Numbered from the whole stretch's first letter, positions 37,971-49,382 are shown. The stretch: 61,546 nt of DNA, filler included, from 6 parts of 6 records of this genome joined end to end with filler, not necessarily neighbours in it, one strand, 5' to 3'. Notes: generated by a model not told the origin, from the sequence alone. Translations and numbers: made by a program.

Positions 37971-40685
37971 TTAATGGGTAGTGGCGTCCAGCGCCTTGCC
38001 GATCACTTCACGCACGTCTGGCGAAAGATTGTCGGTGTTGAAAATCTTGTTCAGCTGCGCCCGCGCTTTTTCTTGCAGGGCGGGAACCAGCTTGGTCCAG
38101 CGGTCCAGGCCGCGGGCCATGCGCGCAGCCACTTGAGGATTGATGGCATTCAGTTCAATCACCAGGTCGGCCCAAAGGGCGTAGCCCTCGCCACAATGGC
38201 TGTGGAACACGCTTGGGTTTTGCATGGCAAATGCGGCCAACAATGAACGCGCGCGGTTGGGGTTTTTCAAGGTGAAAGCGGGGTGCTTCAGCAAGTCGCG
38301 CACAGTATTCAAGGTGTTCACGCCTTCATTGCTGGCAGGTACGGTGGCCTGCAGCATGAACCATTTGTCCACGGCCAGTGCCTCGTTTTTGAAGCGTTCA
38401 AAAAACTCGGCCAGCTCCGGTGGGTTGGCCGGTCCGTTGTGCACGATATTGCTCAGCGCGGCCATTCGATCGGTCATGTTGTTCGCCGCGGCATATTGTG
38501 CTTTGGCCACATTCATTTCTTCATCGCCACCCGCAGCCATCAAATAAGCCAAGGCCACATTTTTCAATGCGCGCTGGCTGGCTGCCACTGCGTTGTATTC
38601 GTATGGCTTTCCCGGTTCTTGGCGTGCTTCATGGATGGTTTTGAATTCAGCTGCGTAAGTGCAAGCCAGCAGGTCGCGAAGCGTGGCGCGTGCAAAATGC
38701 ATGGCCACCGGGTCTACCAAACCGTCAAATGCTTCCAACAGCGTGCCTTCGCCGGGCAGTTGCAGGGCCAAGGCCAAAAAGCCGTCCGACAGCTGTTTGT
38801 CGTTCAACAGGTTGCCTGCAATTTGAACTGCCGCGCGGGTGTTGGCTCCATCGGTTTGTCCGCTTTGCTGGTAGATGTCCAGAATGGCTTTTCCGTACAC
38901 TTTTTGGCAGGCGTCCCAACGGTTGAAGGGGTCGTTGTCATGCCCGGCCAGGAAAATCAAATCATCGGTGTTGTGCGCGGTTTGCAACACCACAGGGGAG
39001 GAAAAGCCACGCAGAAGCGACGGCACCACGGGTTTGTTCAGCCCGGTAAACACAAAAGTTTGTGCAGTCTCGGTGAAATCAAGCACGTCGCCATGCAAAG
39101 CATTGGCATGGTTTTCCAGCACCAAGGGCATGTCTTGTCCGCTTGCCGTATCGACAAAACCCAATTTCACTGGAATGTGAAAGGCTGGTTTACTGGCCTG
39201 GCCCGGAGTGGGGCGGCAGTTTTGTTTCAAAGTCAGCGCAAGTTGGCCATTGGCCTGCTTCCAGCTCGCCAACACTTCTGGGGTACCAGCTTGCTCGTAC
39301 CAGTGGCGAAACTGTTTCAAATTCAGTTCCGGGTGGGCTTCTTGCAGTGCGGTTTCCATGGCGCTGACAAAATCTTCGCAGGTTACGGCTTGGCCGTCGT
39401 GGCGTTCAAAATAAATTTGCATGCCGCGCTGAAACAATTGCTCGCCCAGCAGCGTGTGCTGCATGCGGATAACCTCGGCACCTTTTTCATACACGGTAAC
39501 CGTGTAAAAGTTATTGATTTCCTGATAACTGTCGGGCCGAATCGGGTGGGCCATGGGCCCGGCATCCTCCGGGAACTGCGCGGCGCGCAACACCTTGACA
39601 TCTTCAATCCGTTTTACCGCACGCGCTGAATCGGCCTGTGCTTCGTCCAGTCCATCGGCCATCATGTCCGCTGAAAATTCCTGGTCGCGAAACACGGTCA
39701 AACCTTCTTTTAGCGACAACTGAAACCAGTCTCGGCATGTCACCCGGTTGCCGGTCCAGTTGTGAAAGTACTCATGCCCAACCACGCTTTCAACGTTTTC
39801 AAAGTCCACATCGGTGGCCAGTTCGGGGTTGGCGAACACGAACTTGGTGTTGAAAATATTCAAACCCTTGTTTTCCATCGCACCCATATTGAAGTCGGCG
39901 GTGGCCACAATCATGAAGCGGTCCAAATCAAGATCAAGACCAAAACGCTCGCGGTCCCAGTCAATCGACTTTTTCAGGCTTTGCATCGCAAAGTCGGTTT
40001 TGTCGAGGTTGCCTGGCTCAACCCACACTTGCAGCAATGCGGGCTTGCCATTGCCTTTCAGCACGGTTTCTTCCTGGCACACAAAGCGGCCTGCCACCAA
40101 GGCAAACAGGTAGGCGGGCTTGGGGAAGGGGTCTTCCCAGCGGGTCATGTGCAAGCCTTCACCCAGTTTCTTTTCTTCAATCAAGTTGCCATTGGACAAA
40201 CTGACGGGGTGTGTGGCTTCGTTGGCAATCAAGGTCACCGTGAACTGGCTTAGAACATCGGGGCGATCAGGAAAGTAGGTAATACGCCTGAAACCCTGTG
40301 CCTCGCATTGCGTGAAAAAGTTGCCGTTGGACACATACAAACCTTCAAGCCGCGTGTTTTGGTCGGGTTGAATGTGAACGGTAATTTCCAGAACACCCTC
40401 GCGGCCGGGCTTGTGAATGGTCAAGCCAGTTGGGCTTTGGGTGTAGGCAGTGCTGTCGAGCTTTTCACCGTTGAGCAGTACTTGTTCCAGCTCCAGGTCT
40501 TCCCCATCCAGTTCAAGGGGCAAGTTGTCCGGGTTTGAATGGCTCCAGGCTTGAAATTGCAAGCGGCTGGCCACCTTGGTGCGCGAAGGGTTCAGCGTGA
40601 ACGTTAAATCAGTGCAACTGATTTTATAGTTCGGCGCGGTGTAGTCCTTGCGATAAAAGGTGATAGGTGCTTGTGCGTCTCTCAT
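37971..40685 (-). CDS. pepN: Aminopeptidase N (M1 family)
   Basis: TQCEAQGFR, GAMENKG, HEYFHNWTGNRVT. Confidence 0.96.
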   Translation of the reverse strand: MRDAQAPITFYRKDYTAPNYKISCTDLTFTLNPSRTKVASRLQFQAWSHSNPDNLPLELDGEDLELEQVLLNGEKLDSTAYTQSPTGLTIHKPGREGVLEITVHIQPDQNTRLEGLYVSNGNFFTQCEAQGFRRITYFPDRPDVLSQFTVTLIANEATHPVSLSNGNLIEEKKLGEGLHMTRWEDPFPKPAYLFALVAGRFVCQEETVLKGNGKPALLQVWVEPGNLDKTDFAMQSLKKSIDWDRERFGLDLDLDRFMIVATADFNMGAMENKGLNIFNTKFVFANPELATDVDFENVESVVGHEYFHNWTGNRVTCRDWFQLSLKEGLTVFRDQEFSADMMADGLDEAQADSARAVKRIEDVKVLRAAQFPEDAGPMAHPIRPDSYQEINNFYTVTVYEKGAEVIRMQHTLLGEQLFQRGMQIYFERHDGQAVTCEDFVSAMETALQEAHPELNLKQFRHWYEQAGTPEVLASWKQANGQLALTLKQNCRPTPGQASKPAFHIPVKLGFVDTASGQDMPLVLENHANALHGDVLDFTETAQTFVFTGLNKPVVPSLLRGFSSPVVLQTAHNTDDLIFLAGHDNDPFNRWDACQKVYGKAILDIYQQSGQTDGANTRAAVQIAGNLLNDKQLSDGFLALALQLPGEGTLLEAFDGLVDPVAMHFARATLRDLLACTYAAEFKTIHEARQEPGKPYEYNAVAASQRALKNVALAYLMAAGGDEEMNVAKAQYAAANNMTDRMAALSNIVHNGPANPPELAEFFERFKNEALAVDKWFMLQATVPASNEGVNTLNTVRDLLKHPAFTLKNPNRARSLLAAFAMQNPSVFHSHCGEGYALWADLVIELNAINPQVAARMARGLDRWTKLVPALQEKARAQLNKIFNTDNLSPDVREVIGKALDATTH

Positions 40686-40720
40686 GCCTGGAAATCCTTC
40701 TTGCTACTAGGTGTTGTTGC

Positions 40721-41305
40721 TCAGTGGTCGTGACCGCAATCCGGGCCGTGTTTGTGCTCATGTGCATGCGCGTGCCCATGGTCGTGGTCATGGTCACTGC
40801 AATCCTGGTGCTTTAGTTCAGGCACTACAATTTCCAGCATCGGCGCAGTCAGTGTGCTGAACTTCAGCTCAAAATGCTCCAGCATGTGCATGCATTCATG
40901 GCTCGCCACAACGCGTGCGCCAGTGTCATTTAACTGCACGGGCCAAAAGTTAAGGCCAGCGACATGCAGAAATTCTTCGAAGCCTTTCTGGCCTCGCGCC
41001 ACTTCAAACAGTTCTTCTTGTGCGGCGGCCACAATCGCCCATTCGTTGGTATTCGACACCAATTTGTCGCCCACTTCCACCGTGTCGTGCAGGTGGCAAA
41101 TCAATGTGCTGCCATCGGTGGCTTTCACATCGTGGGGTACTTCCTGGCGTTCATCAAATGTCAGCGCAATGGTTTTGGCATTGCGTAGCAGCACAGAGGC
41201 CACCTTGTGGTCAGCCTTTACCACTTTGTTGTACACCACATCGTGGTTGTGGCCACAATCCGGGCCGTGTTCATGGTTGTGATCGTGTGAATGGTCTGCG
41301 CTCAT
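40721..41305 (-). CDS. His-rich protein with a divergent UreE-like core
   Basis: ATG 41305 after a GAAGGA RBS; core resembles Burkholderiales UreE by eye; His tracts with HGPDCGH at both ends. Confidence 0.55.
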   Translation of the reverse strand: MSADHSHDHNHEHGPDCGHNHDVVYNKVVKADHKVASVLLRNAKTIALTFDERQEVPHDVKATDGSTLICHLHDTVEVGDKLVSNTNEWAIVAAAQEELFEVARGQKGFEEFLHVAGLNFWPVQLNDTGARVVASHECMHMLEHFELKFSTLTAPMLEIVVPELKHQDCSDHDHDHGHAHAHEHKHGPDCGHDH

Positions 41306-41325
41306 GGCGTATCCTTCAAGATTGT

Positions 41326-41811
41326 TTAGTCGCGGAAATTTTCGAAACCCAGCGGTGTTTCTGTCACTTTCTGTTTCAGCAAGGCAATTGCGTTTTGAAG
41401 GTCGTCGCGTTTGGCACCCTGTATGCGCACAGTGTCGCCCTGAATACTGGCTTGCACCTTCATCTTGCTGTCTTTGATTTCTTTCACAACCTGCTTGGCC
41501 AGGTCTTTGTCCAGCCCGTTTTTCACGGTCACGGTCTGCTTGATTTTGTCGCCAGACATTTTTTCTTTCTTGTCGAACGTCAGAAAGCGAACATCCACAT
41601 TGCGTTTGGCGCACTTGTTGCGAATAATCTCGGCGATTTGCTCCAGTTTGAAGTCATCGTCGGCATACACCATGATGGTGTTTTCGTTCAATTCAACCTT
41701 CGAGTCAGACCCTTTGAAATCGAAGCGGGTACCAATTTCCTTGTTCACCTGATCAACAGCGTTGCGCAATTCGATCAAGTCCGGTTTGCAGACCACATCA
41801 AAAGACGGCAT
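41326..41811 (-). CDS. yajQ: YajQ family nucleotide-binding protein
   Basis: [32 protein letters not shown]. Confidence 0.95.
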   Translation of the reverse strand: MPSFDVVCKPDLIELRNAVDQVNKEIGTRFDFKGSDSKVELNENTIMVYADDDFKLEQIAEIIRNKCAKRNVDVRFLTFDKKEKMSGDKIKQTVTVKNGLDKDLAKQVVKEIKDSKMKVQASIQGDTVRIQGAKRDDLQNAIALLKQKVTETPLGFENFRD

Positions 41812-41862
41812 AGTTCATTCCTTCAAGCATAATGCCTCATTGTAATCGCTAGACCACCCCCT

Positions 41863-42888
41863 ATGTCAGCTCTCACTGCCACCCACAGCGTCGATCTGCA
41901 GCCCTTGCATACCTTTGGTTTGCCAGCCCGTGCCCGCGAGTTGCGTTTGCTGGTCAATACAGCTGATTTACTGGCCTTTGCCCGCGCCAGGCAAGCGGAA
42001 CAAGCATTTCTGTTGTTGGGCGAAGGCAGCAATACGGTGTTTACCAGCGCGCAGGTGGACGCTACGGTATGGAAAGTGGCCCTCAAGGGGCGTCAGTATT
42101 TGGGTTGCGATGGTGTTTGCCACCATTTGCGGGTGTGGGGCGGTGAAAACTGGCACCAAACCGTGGAGTGGACTGTGGCCATGGGCTGGGGCGGCTTGGA
42201 AAACCTGGCCTTGATCCCCGGTTGTGTCGGTGCAAGCCCGGTTCAGAATATCGGTGCCTATGGCGTTGAGCTGAAAGACCGTGTGTCCGCTGTTCATGTG
42301 TTCGATCTGGACACGCAATCGGACTGCGCTTTCACGGTCGATGAATGTGAGTTTGCCTATCGCGACAGCGTTTTCAAGCATGCTGCGCAGGGTCGTTATG
42401 TGATTACAGCGGTAGATTTCGCCTTGCCAGTACAGTGGCAGCCCGTGTTGGGTTACGGTGATGTGGCCCAGCGTGTAGAGCAGTTCGGGGCGATTGGCCC
42501 AATGAATATTTTGAAAGCAGTGTGTGCCATTCGCACAGAAAAACTGCCAGATCCGGCTGTGCTGGGCAACAGCGGCAGTTTTTTCAAAAACCCAATCGTG
42601 ACGCAAGCGCAAGCGCAAACCTTGATTGAAAGGTTTCCGAACGTGGTGCATTACCCGGCCGGACCTGGCAGGGTAAAGCTGGCGGCCGGTTGGCTGATCG
42701 ATCAATGTGGCTTAAAGGGCCATGTGCTGGGTGGTGTGGGCGTTTACAACAAGCAAGCGCTGATTCTGGTCAATCTGGGAAAGGGGCAGGGCAGTGAATT
42801 GCTGCAATTGATTCGCCATGTGCAGGAACAAGTTCAGGACAGGTTTGGTGTGTTGCTGGAACCGGAACCCAATTTGATTCAGGCCTAA
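41863..42888 (+). CDS. murB: UDP-N-acetylenolpyruvoylglucosamine reductase
   Basis: LGEGSN, GLENLALIPG, QNIGAYG, GNSGSFFKNP, LEPEP. Confidence 0.95.
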   Translation: MSALTATHSVDLQPLHTFGLPARARELRLLVNTADLLAFARARQAEQAFLLLGEGSNTVFTSAQVDATVWKVALKGRQYLGCDGVCHHLRVWGGENWHQTVEWTVAMGWGGLENLALIPGCVGASPVQNIGAYGVELKDRVSAVHVFDLDTQSDCAFTVDECEFAYRDSVFKHAAQGRYVITAVDFALPVQWQPVLGYGDVAQRVEQFGAIGPMNILKAVCAIRTEKLPDPAVLGNSGSFFKNPIVTQAQAQTLIERFPNVVHYPAGPGRVKLAAGWLIDQCGLKGHVLGGVGVYNKQALILVNLGKGQGSELLQLIRHVQEQVQDRFGVLLEPEPNLIQA

Positions 42889-42898
42889 GTTCAGACAT

Positions 42899-42931
42899 AA
42901 AAAAACCGCCACCCAAGGGCAGCGGTTTTTT
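42899..42931. terminator. Bidirectional intrinsic terminator between murB and argG
   Basis: AAAAAAACCGC...GCGGTTTTTT. Confidence 0.75.
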
Positions 42932-42946
42932 GACGTTAGCTGGTTT

Positions 42947-44176
42947 TTAGCCGCGTTTTAACTTGGCATTGGCCGCAATACGCAAACGCAGGGCGTTCAA
43001 CTTGATGAAACCACCTGCGTCGGCTTGGTTGTAAGCGCCGCCGTCTTCATCGAAGGTCGCGATTTTTTCATCAAACAGTGAATCTGTTTTTGAATCACGT
43101 GCCACCACAATCACATTGCCCTTGTACAGCTTCACGCGTACCCAGCCATTCACGGTGCTTTGGGTATGGTCGATCAGGGTTTGCAGTGCCACACGTTCCG
43201 GTGCCCACCAGTAGCCGTTGTAAATCATGCTGGCGTAGCGGGGCATCAAATCGTCTTTCAGGTGAGCCACTTCGCGGTCCAGCGTAATCGATTCAATGGC
43301 GCGGTGGGCTTTCAGCATGATGGCGCCGCCAGGGGTTTCGTAGCAGCCGCGGCTTTTCATGCCCACGTAGCGGTTTTCAACTAAATCAAGGCGTCCAATG
43401 CCGTGCTTGCCGCCCAAGCGATTCAGTTCGGTCAGCACTGTGGCGGGGCTCATTTTTTTACCGTTCAGGGCAACAATGTCGCCTTTCTCGTATTCAATGT
43501 CCAGGTACTCGGCTTCATCGGGTGCTGCCTCTGGGCTGACTGTCCAGCGCCACATGGCTTCTTCGGCTTCTGCACCCGGGTTTTCCAGGTGGCGGCCTTC
43601 AAAGCTGATGTGCAGCAGGTTTGCGTCCATGGAATAGGGCGCACCGCCTTTCTTGTGCTTCATGTCGATTTCAATACCCGCGTCTTCGGCGTACTTCAGC
43701 AGTTTCTCGCGGCTTAGCAAATCCCATTCGCGCCAAGGGGCAATAATTTTCACGCCGGGCATCAGCGCATAGGCACCCAGCTCGAAACGCACTTGGTCAT
43801 TGCCCTTGCCGGTTGCGCCGTGTGAAATCGCGTCTGCACCTGTTTCACGCGCAATGTCGATCAATCGCTTGGCGATCAAGGGGCGTGCAATCGATGTGCC
43901 CAGCAGGTATTCACCTTCGTACACCGTGTTGGCACGGAACATGGGAAATACGAAATCGCGCACAAATTCTTCGCGCACGTCATCGATATAAATATTCTCG
44001 GGCTTGATGCCAAACTTCAGTGCTTTTTGGCGCGCCGGTTCAAGTTCTTCACCCTGGCCCAAATCGGCTGTGAAAGTCACGATTTCGCAACCGTAGGTGT
44101 CTTGCAGCCATTTCAGAATGACTGAGGTGTCCAAACCGCCTGAATAGGCGAGTACTACTTTGTTGATGTCGTTCAT
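42947..44176 (-). CDS. argG: Argininosuccinate synthase
   Basis: [34 protein letters not shown]. Confidence 0.97.
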   Translation of the reverse strand: MNDINKVVLAYSGGLDTSVILKWLQDTYGCEIVTFTADLGQGEELEPARQKALKFGIKPENIYIDDVREEFVRDFVFPMFRANTVYEGEYLLGTSIARPLIAKRLIDIARETGADAISHGATGKGNDQVRFELGAYALMPGVKIIAPWREWDLLSREKLLKYAEDAGIEIDMKHKKGGAPYSMDANLLHISFEGRHLENPGAEAEEAMWRWTVSPEAAPDEAEYLDIEYEKGDIVALNGKKMSPATVLTELNRLGGKHGIGRLDLVENRYVGMKSRGCYETPGGAIMLKAHRAIESITLDREVAHLKDDLMPRYASMIYNGYWWAPERVALQTLIDHTQSTVNGWVRVKLYKGNVIVVARDSKTDSLFDEKIATFDEDGGAYNQADAGGFIKLNALRLRIAANAKLKRG

Positions 44177-44211
44177 GGTTCTCGATTCAAAAAGGGTTGT
44201 TACAGGTCCGC

Positions 44212-45123
44212 TTACTTGCGGCCCAACAAAAGGAATTCCATCAGGGCTTTCTGCGTGTGCAGGCGGTTCTCTGCCTCATCCCACACCACGCTTTTTGGCC
44301 CGTCGATCACTTCAGCCGCCACTTCCTCGCCACGGTGGGCGGGCAGGCAGTGCATGAACAGCGCCTCCGGGTTGGCCACATCCATCATTTCCGTGTCCAC
44401 CTGAAAGTCTGCAAACGCACGGCGGCGTGCCTTGTTCTCATTCTCAAAGCCCATGCTGGTCCACACGTCGGTGGTCACCAAATCAGCGCCTTTGCAAGCG
44501 TCCATCGGGTCTTCAAACCACTCGTGGTGCGTGCCTTTGATGTTGGTTTTTGCCGGGTCAATGTTGTAGTCGCTGGGCGTGGAAATATTCACCTTGAAAT
44601 CCAGCAATTCAGCGGCTTGCAGCCAGGTGGCGCACATGTTGTTGCCATCGCCCACCCAGGCCACGGTTTTGCCTTGAATGCTGCCGCGGTGTTCAATGAA
44701 CGTAAAAATGTCCGCCAAAATCTGGCAAGGATGGTATTCATTGGTCAAGCCGTTGATTACAGGCACACGGCTGTTGGCTGCGAAGCGTTCAATAATTTCC
44801 TGTTCGTAAGTGCGAATCATCACGATATCGCACATGCGTGAAATAACCTGCGCTGCATCTTCCACTGGCTCACCTCGACCCAATTGTGAATCTTTGGTGT
44901 TCAGGTAAATGGCCGAACCGCCGAGTTGGTGCATGCCTGCTTCAAAACTTAAGCGTGTGCGCGTGGATGCTTTTTCGAAAATCATCACCAGCGTGCGGTC
45001 TTGCATCGGGTAATAGGGCTCGTAGCGCTTGAACCGCGCTTTCACGTCGCGCGACGATTGCATCAAGTACTCGAACTCGTCTTTGCTGATGTCGTTGAAC
45101 TGCAAAAAATGTTTGATAGGCAT
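44212..45123 (-). CDS. argF: Ornithine carbamoyltransferase
   Basis: STRTR, HPCQ, WTSMG, HCLP; ATG 45123. Confidence 0.96.
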   Translation of the reverse strand: MPIKHFLQFNDISKDEFEYLMQSSRDVKARFKRYEPYYPMQDRTLVMIFEKASTRTRLSFEAGMHQLGGSAIYLNTKDSQLGRGEPVEDAAQVISRMCDIVMIRTYEQEIIERFAANSRVPVINGLTNEYHPCQILADIFTFIEHRGSIQGKTVAWVGDGNNMCATWLQAAELLDFKVNISTPSDYNIDPAKTNIKGTHHEWFEDPMDACKGADLVTTDVWTSMGFENENKARRRAFADFQVDTEMMDVANPEALFMHCLPAHRGEEVAAEVIDGPKSVVWDEAENRLHTQKALMEFLLLGRK

Positions 45124-45160
45124 TTTTGTAGACCGGCTTGCCTGGCAGGCCGGTTCCTCC

Positions 45161-45295
45161 TTATGCGGATTGTTCAAGAAACGCTTTAATCAGTGGGGCC
45201 AATTCCATGGCCAGCGTTTCTGCTTCTTCTTTTTTAATCACCAATGGCGGCAACAGGCGCACCACATTGTCTCGGGTCACGTTGATAATCAGGCC
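45161..45295 (-). CDS. argD: Acetylornithine aminotransferase, C-terminal fragment
   Basis: Manual translation GLIINVTRDNVVRLLPPLVIKKEEA...EQSA*; class III aminotransferase end directly upstream of argF. Confidence 0.75.
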   Translation of the reverse strand, partial: GLIINVTRDNVVRLLPPLVIKKEEAETLAMELAPLIKAFLEQSA

Positions 45296-45395
45296 NNNNN
45301 NNNNNNNNNNNNNNNNNNNNNNNNNNNNNNNNNNNNNNNTTAATTAATTAANNNNNNNNNNNNNNNNNNNNNNNNNNNNNNNNNNNNNNNNNNNN
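45296..45395. other. Artificial contig spacer
   Basis: N44-TTAATTAATTAA-N44. Confidence 0.99.
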
Positions 45396-45425
45396 TGCAG
45401 TCAAAATTTTGACTGCAGATTTTTT
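45396..45425. terminator. Hairpin downstream of sod, probable terminator (cut at contig edge)
   Basis: TGCAGTCAAAATTTTGACTGCA inverted repeat. Confidence 0.55.
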
Positions 45426-45451
45426 AGTTGAATAAAAGTTTCTTTTAAACT

Positions 45452-46060
45452 TTACTTATTTTTTTCATAATTGGCAGAAACTTCTTCCCAATTAATCACA
45501 TTCCAAAATGCACCAACATAATCTGGGCGCTTGTTTTGGTATTTTAAATAGTAAGCGTGTTCCCAAACGTCTAGTCCTAAAATTGGAGTTCCACCACAAC
45601 CAACACCTGGCATTAGCGGGTTGTCTTGGTTTGGAGTGGCACAAACAGAAACTTTTCCTCCTTCATGTACGCAAAGCCAAGCCCATCCAGACCCAAATTG
45701 TGTTTTTGCAGCTTCAGAAAATTTTTCTTTAAAGTCTTCAAAACTTCCAAAAGCGCTATCTATTGCAGTAGCTATACCGCCTGAAGGTTTTCCGCCACCA
45801 TTTGGAGACATCACTTTCCAAAAAAGACTGTGGTTGTAAAATCCGCCGCCATTATTGCGCACAGCTTTATTATCCATGTCTAAGTTATTCAAAATATTTT
45901 CGATGGTTTTTCCTTCTAGATCGGTACCTTTTATAGCAGCATTAAGATTATTTGTATAACCTTGATGGTGTTTATCGTGGTGTATTTCCATTGTTTGTGC
46001 ATCGATGTTTGGTTCCAAAGCATCAAAAGCATACGGTAATTGTGGTAATTCGAAAGGCAT
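45452..46060 (-). CDS. sodA: Fe/Mn superoxide dismutase, probably Mn type
   Basis: [30 protein letters not shown]. Confidence 0.93.
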   Translation of the reverse strand: MPFELPQLPYAFDALEPNIDAQTMEIHHDKHHQGYTNNLNAAIKGTDLEGKTIENILNNLDMDNKAVRNNGGGFYNHSLFWKVMSPNGGGKPSGGIATAIDSAFGSFEDFKEKFSEAAKTQFGSGWAWLCVHEGGKVSVCATPNQDNPLMPGVGCGGTPILGLDVWEHAYYLKYQNKRPDYVGAFWNVINWEEVSANYEKNK

Positions 46061-46200
46061 AATTATATAGTTTTATATTGGTTATTACTAAATTCACTCA
46101 AAGTTAAACATTATCAATTTTTTAAAGTGTTATAGATTTTATAAGATTTCTATGCTACTATAGATTAATTTGATTCTAACCATATAAAATCACTAATTTA

Positions 46201-49200
46201 GTGCAAAAAGCCAGTTTCTTGAAAAATCAAACCTCCTTTTCCATTTATGATGCTTCAGCAGGAAGCGGAAAAACTTTTACATTAGTAAAAGAATATCTAA
46301 AAAAAATTCTTTCCGTACAGCATGATGATTATTTTAAGCATCTGTTAGCAATCACTTTTACAAACAAAGCGGTAGCTGAAATGAAACAACGTATCGTAGA
46401 AACGTTGGTGAGTTTTAGTGAAGAAAAAAGTGTGGCGGAACCACTACCAATTATGCTTAGAATTTCAGAAGAAAATGGAATGGATTTGACTGAAATTCAA
46501 AAGCGTTCTAAAAAAATTCTAAAAAATTTACTTCATAATTACGCCGCTTTTAGTGTAGAAACTATTGATCGTTTTAACCATCGATTGATTAGAACTTTTG
46601 CGCGCGATTTAAAACTGGCAACCAATTTTGAAGTAACTCTAGAGACCAACGAATTATTAGCAGAAGCAGTAGATTTATTGTTGAGCAAAGCGGGGGAAAA
46701 TAAAGAAATAACAAAGGTTTTGCTTGATTTTGCTTTAGACAAAACAGACGATGATAAATCCTGGGATATTTCTCGAGATATTGCCAATGCCGCCAAACTG
46801 CTTTATGCAGAAAATGATGCAGTTCACGTTGCTGTTTTGAAGGAGAAAACCTTAGAAGATTTTTTGGAATTCAAAAAGCAATTGGTTCAAAAAATTAAAA
46901 CACTTTCAGAAGAAATTAAAAATAATGCAAGGCAAGTGCTTTTGCTTATAGATGAAAGTGGTTTAGGACATTCAGATTTTACACGAGGCACACTGCCCAA
47001 TCATTTTTTAAAATTGAAAGAAGGCAATCACGATGTGTATGCTAACAAGCTTCAGGAAAATTTGGAGGAAGGAAAAGGACTCTATAAAGTAAAAGAGGTC
47101 ACCTCTATTACTTCGGTTATTGATGCCATCCGCCCAGAATTACTATTTCATTATCTGGCTATAAAAAAACGTGTGCACAAACTAAAATTATACGAATCAA
47201 TTTTAAAAAATAACACGCCTCTTTCTGTTTTAAACTTGGTAAATCAAGAAATTGAAAGTATTAAGGAGGAGAAAAATATTTTTCCTATTTCAGAATTTAA
47301 TTCACTTATAAATAAGGAAATAAAAAACCAACCTGCGCCTTTTATTTATGAACGCTTAGGCGAAAAATACCGACATTTTTTTATTGATGAATTTCAAGAT
47401 ACTTCAAAATTACAATGGGAAAATTTAATTCCGTTAATTGACAATGCACTTTCTCAGCAATTGGATCCAGATTCCGGTAGCCTTTTATTAGTAGGCGACG
47501 CCAAGCAATCTATTTATAGGTGGCGTGGTGGGTTGCCAGAACAATTTATGGGTTTGTATGGAAATCAAAATCCTTTTTCTCGGGAAAAAGAGGTGCTCTC
47601 TTTAGATAAAAATTACCGAAGTTGCGATGAGATTGTGGATTTCAACAACCAATTTTTCTCTTTTGTTTCTTCCTATTTTGCGGATTCCGATCATGCAAAA
47701 TTATACCTTGAAGGGAACAAACAAAAGCGTAACGACAAAAAAGGGGGTTATGTAAAATTTGAATTTATTGAAAAGGGAAATAAAGCAGAAAAGCAGGAAG
47801 CATATTCAGAATTAGTACTTCAAACAATCCTAAATTTAAAAACCAAAGGGTTTACAGAAAGCGATATTTGTATCCTAACACGAAAAAAAGCTGACGGAAT
47901 TGCGTTGGGTGCGTTTTTGATGGAGCAAGGTATTTCTGTAATCTCTGCTGAAACATTGTTGCTTCAATCTTCACCAATTGTGCAAATTTTGGTGTCAAGT
48001 TTAATCGTTAGTTTATATCCAAAAAATGAGGAAGCAACTATAAATTTGTTGGATTTGCTACACGATCATTTCAACATTCAAGAAGAGAAACACACTTTTT
48101 TTACTAAATTTTTAAATATTTCCGAAGAAAAATTTAGTGAACGCTTTAAAGAATATGGAATAGACTTTTCGTTTGCCGAAATACGGTCTATTTCTTTATA
48201 CGAAACCTTCGAATATTGCATTGAAAAATTCAAACTCGCTGCTTCCGCGGATGCGTATTTATTTGGTTTTATGGATTTAGTTTTTGAGTTTGAAGCAAGT
48301 CCGAAAGCAGATAAAATTTCATTTTTAGATAGGTGGGAAAGTAAAAAGGAGAATGCTTCCATTGCAACAAGCGAAGGTATAAATGCAGTTCAGTTGATGA
48401 CAATTCATAAATCGAAAGGCTTAGAATTTCCCGTTGTTCTTTTTCCTTTTGCAGATATGCAATTGTATGACGGAAAGTATGATACCCTTTGGTATCCGTT
48501 AGATGAGGAGGATGAATTTAACTTTCAGGAAGCGCAGCTAAATTTTAAAAAAGAACTTGCCGCATATAGCGATGTTGGCGAAAAAATGTACACAGAACAT
48601 CGCAGCCAGTTGGAATTGGATACTATTAATTTGCTGTATGTAACTTTAACGCGGGCGGTGGAAAAGCTTTATGTTTTTTCAGAAATGCCTTCAGAATCAA
48701 AAGATGGACCTTCAACTTACAATCAACTTTTTATGGAGTTTTTGAAAGAAAAAGGCCTTTGGAATGGGGCACAAATGCTTTATGAACTGGGAAACGATTT
48801 AGATAAAATTTCAAAAGAAAAAGAAGCTATTTTTCAAATGGAACCACAGTTTATTTCTAGTAATCCTAGAGAACATGGACTTAAAATAGTTGTTTCCGAA
48901 GAAAAATATGAAGCAGAAACGGAAGCCGCAATTACTGCTGGAAACTTACTACATGATACGATGGCGCAAATTTTTTCAAAAGGAGATGAGGAGCGCGTTT
49001 TGTCAGAATTAGAGGTGCGCGCAATAATTCCAAAGGAAGAATTTGATGTTTTAAGGAAAACGGTACATCAGATTATAGAACATCCAGTGCTGAAAAGTTT
49101 ATTTAATGGTGAAGAAAAAGTATATAATGAGCGCAATATAATTACAAAAGATGGCTTGGTTTTACGTCCAGACAGAATAAATATTGCAAAAAATAAAGAT

Positions 49201-49356
49201 GCTACAATCATTGATTATAAAACAGGTAGCCCTAATATATGGCATAATGATCAATTAGTGGACTACGCCAATGCTATAGAAGATATGGGGTTTTCAATTG
49301 CTAAAAAAATACTTATCTATAGCAACGGGGGTGAAATAGTAATAAATAAAGTTTAA
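46201..49356 (+). CDS. addA: AddA/UvrD-like helicase-nuclease
   Basis: ASAGSGKT, DEFQDTS, VGDAKQSIYRWRG, MTIHKSKGLEF, C-terminal RPDR...IIDYKTG nuclease motif. Confidence 0.85.
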   Translation: MQKASFLKNQTSFSIYDASAGSGKTFTLVKEYLKKILSVQHDDYFKHLLAITFTNKAVAEMKQRIVETLVSFSEEKSVAEPLPIMLRISEENGMDLTEIQKRSKKILKNLLHNYAAFSVETIDRFNHRLIRTFARDLKLATNFEVTLETNELLAEAVDLLLSKAGENKEITKVLLDFALDKTDDDKSWDISRDIANAAKLLYAENDAVHVAVLKEKTLEDFLEFKKQLVQKIKTLSEEIKNNARQVLLLIDESGLGHSDFTRGTLPNHFLKLKEGNHDVYANKLQENLEEGKGLYKVKEVTSITSVIDAIRPELLFHYLAIKKRVHKLKLYESILKNNTPLSVLNLVNQEIESIKEEKNIFPISEFNSLINKEIKNQPAPFIYERLGEKYRHFFIDEFQDTSKLQWENLIPLIDNALSQQLDPDSGSLLLVGDAKQSIYRWRGGLPEQFMGLYGNQNPFSREKEVLSLDKNYRSCDEIVDFNNQFFSFVSSYFADSDHAKLYLEGNKQKRNDKKGGYVKFEFIEKGNKAEKQEAYSELVLQTILNLKTKGFTESDICILTRKKADGIALGAFLMEQGISVISAETLLLQSSPIVQILVSSLIVSLYPKNEEATINLLDLLHDHFNIQEEKHTFFTKFLNISEEKFSERFKEYGIDFSFAEIRSISLYETFEYCIEKFKLAASADAYLFGFMDLVFEFEASPKADKISFLDRWESKKENASIATSEGINAVQLMTIHKSKGLEFPVVLFPFADMQLYDGKYDTLWYPLDEEDEFNFQEAQLNFKKELAAYSDVGEKMYTEHRSQLELDTINLLYVTLTRAVEKLYVFSEMPSESKDGPSTYNQLFMEFLKEKGLWNGAQMLYELGNDLDKISKEKEAIFQMEPQFISSNPREHGLKIVVSEEKYEAETEAAITAGNLLHDTMAQIFSKGDEERVLSELEVRAIIPKEEFDVLRKTVHQIIEHPVLKSLFNGEEKVYNERNIITKDGLVLRPDRINIAKNKDATIIDYKTGSPNIWHNDQLVDYANAIEDMGFSIAKKILIYSNGGEIVINKV

Positions 49357-49382
49357 TTTTGGAGCTTTAAAAAAAGATAAAA

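Noticed and set aside
38283-39629. 448-aa plus-strand ORF and other long ORFs antisense to pepN, argF, purT and the GMC gene
   Set aside because: They overlap well-supported genes on the opposite strand and have no motifs; expected from codon bias.
41306-41614. N-terminal extension of the 297-aa ORF
   Set aside because: It overlaps yajQ in another frame; ATG 41305 has an RBS and is the better start.
46201-49356. addA with no adjacent addB, read as a novel or defence helicase
   Set aside because: The contig ends shortly downstream, and from recall flavobacterial addB often lies just beyond kbl-ompA. The context is housekeeping.
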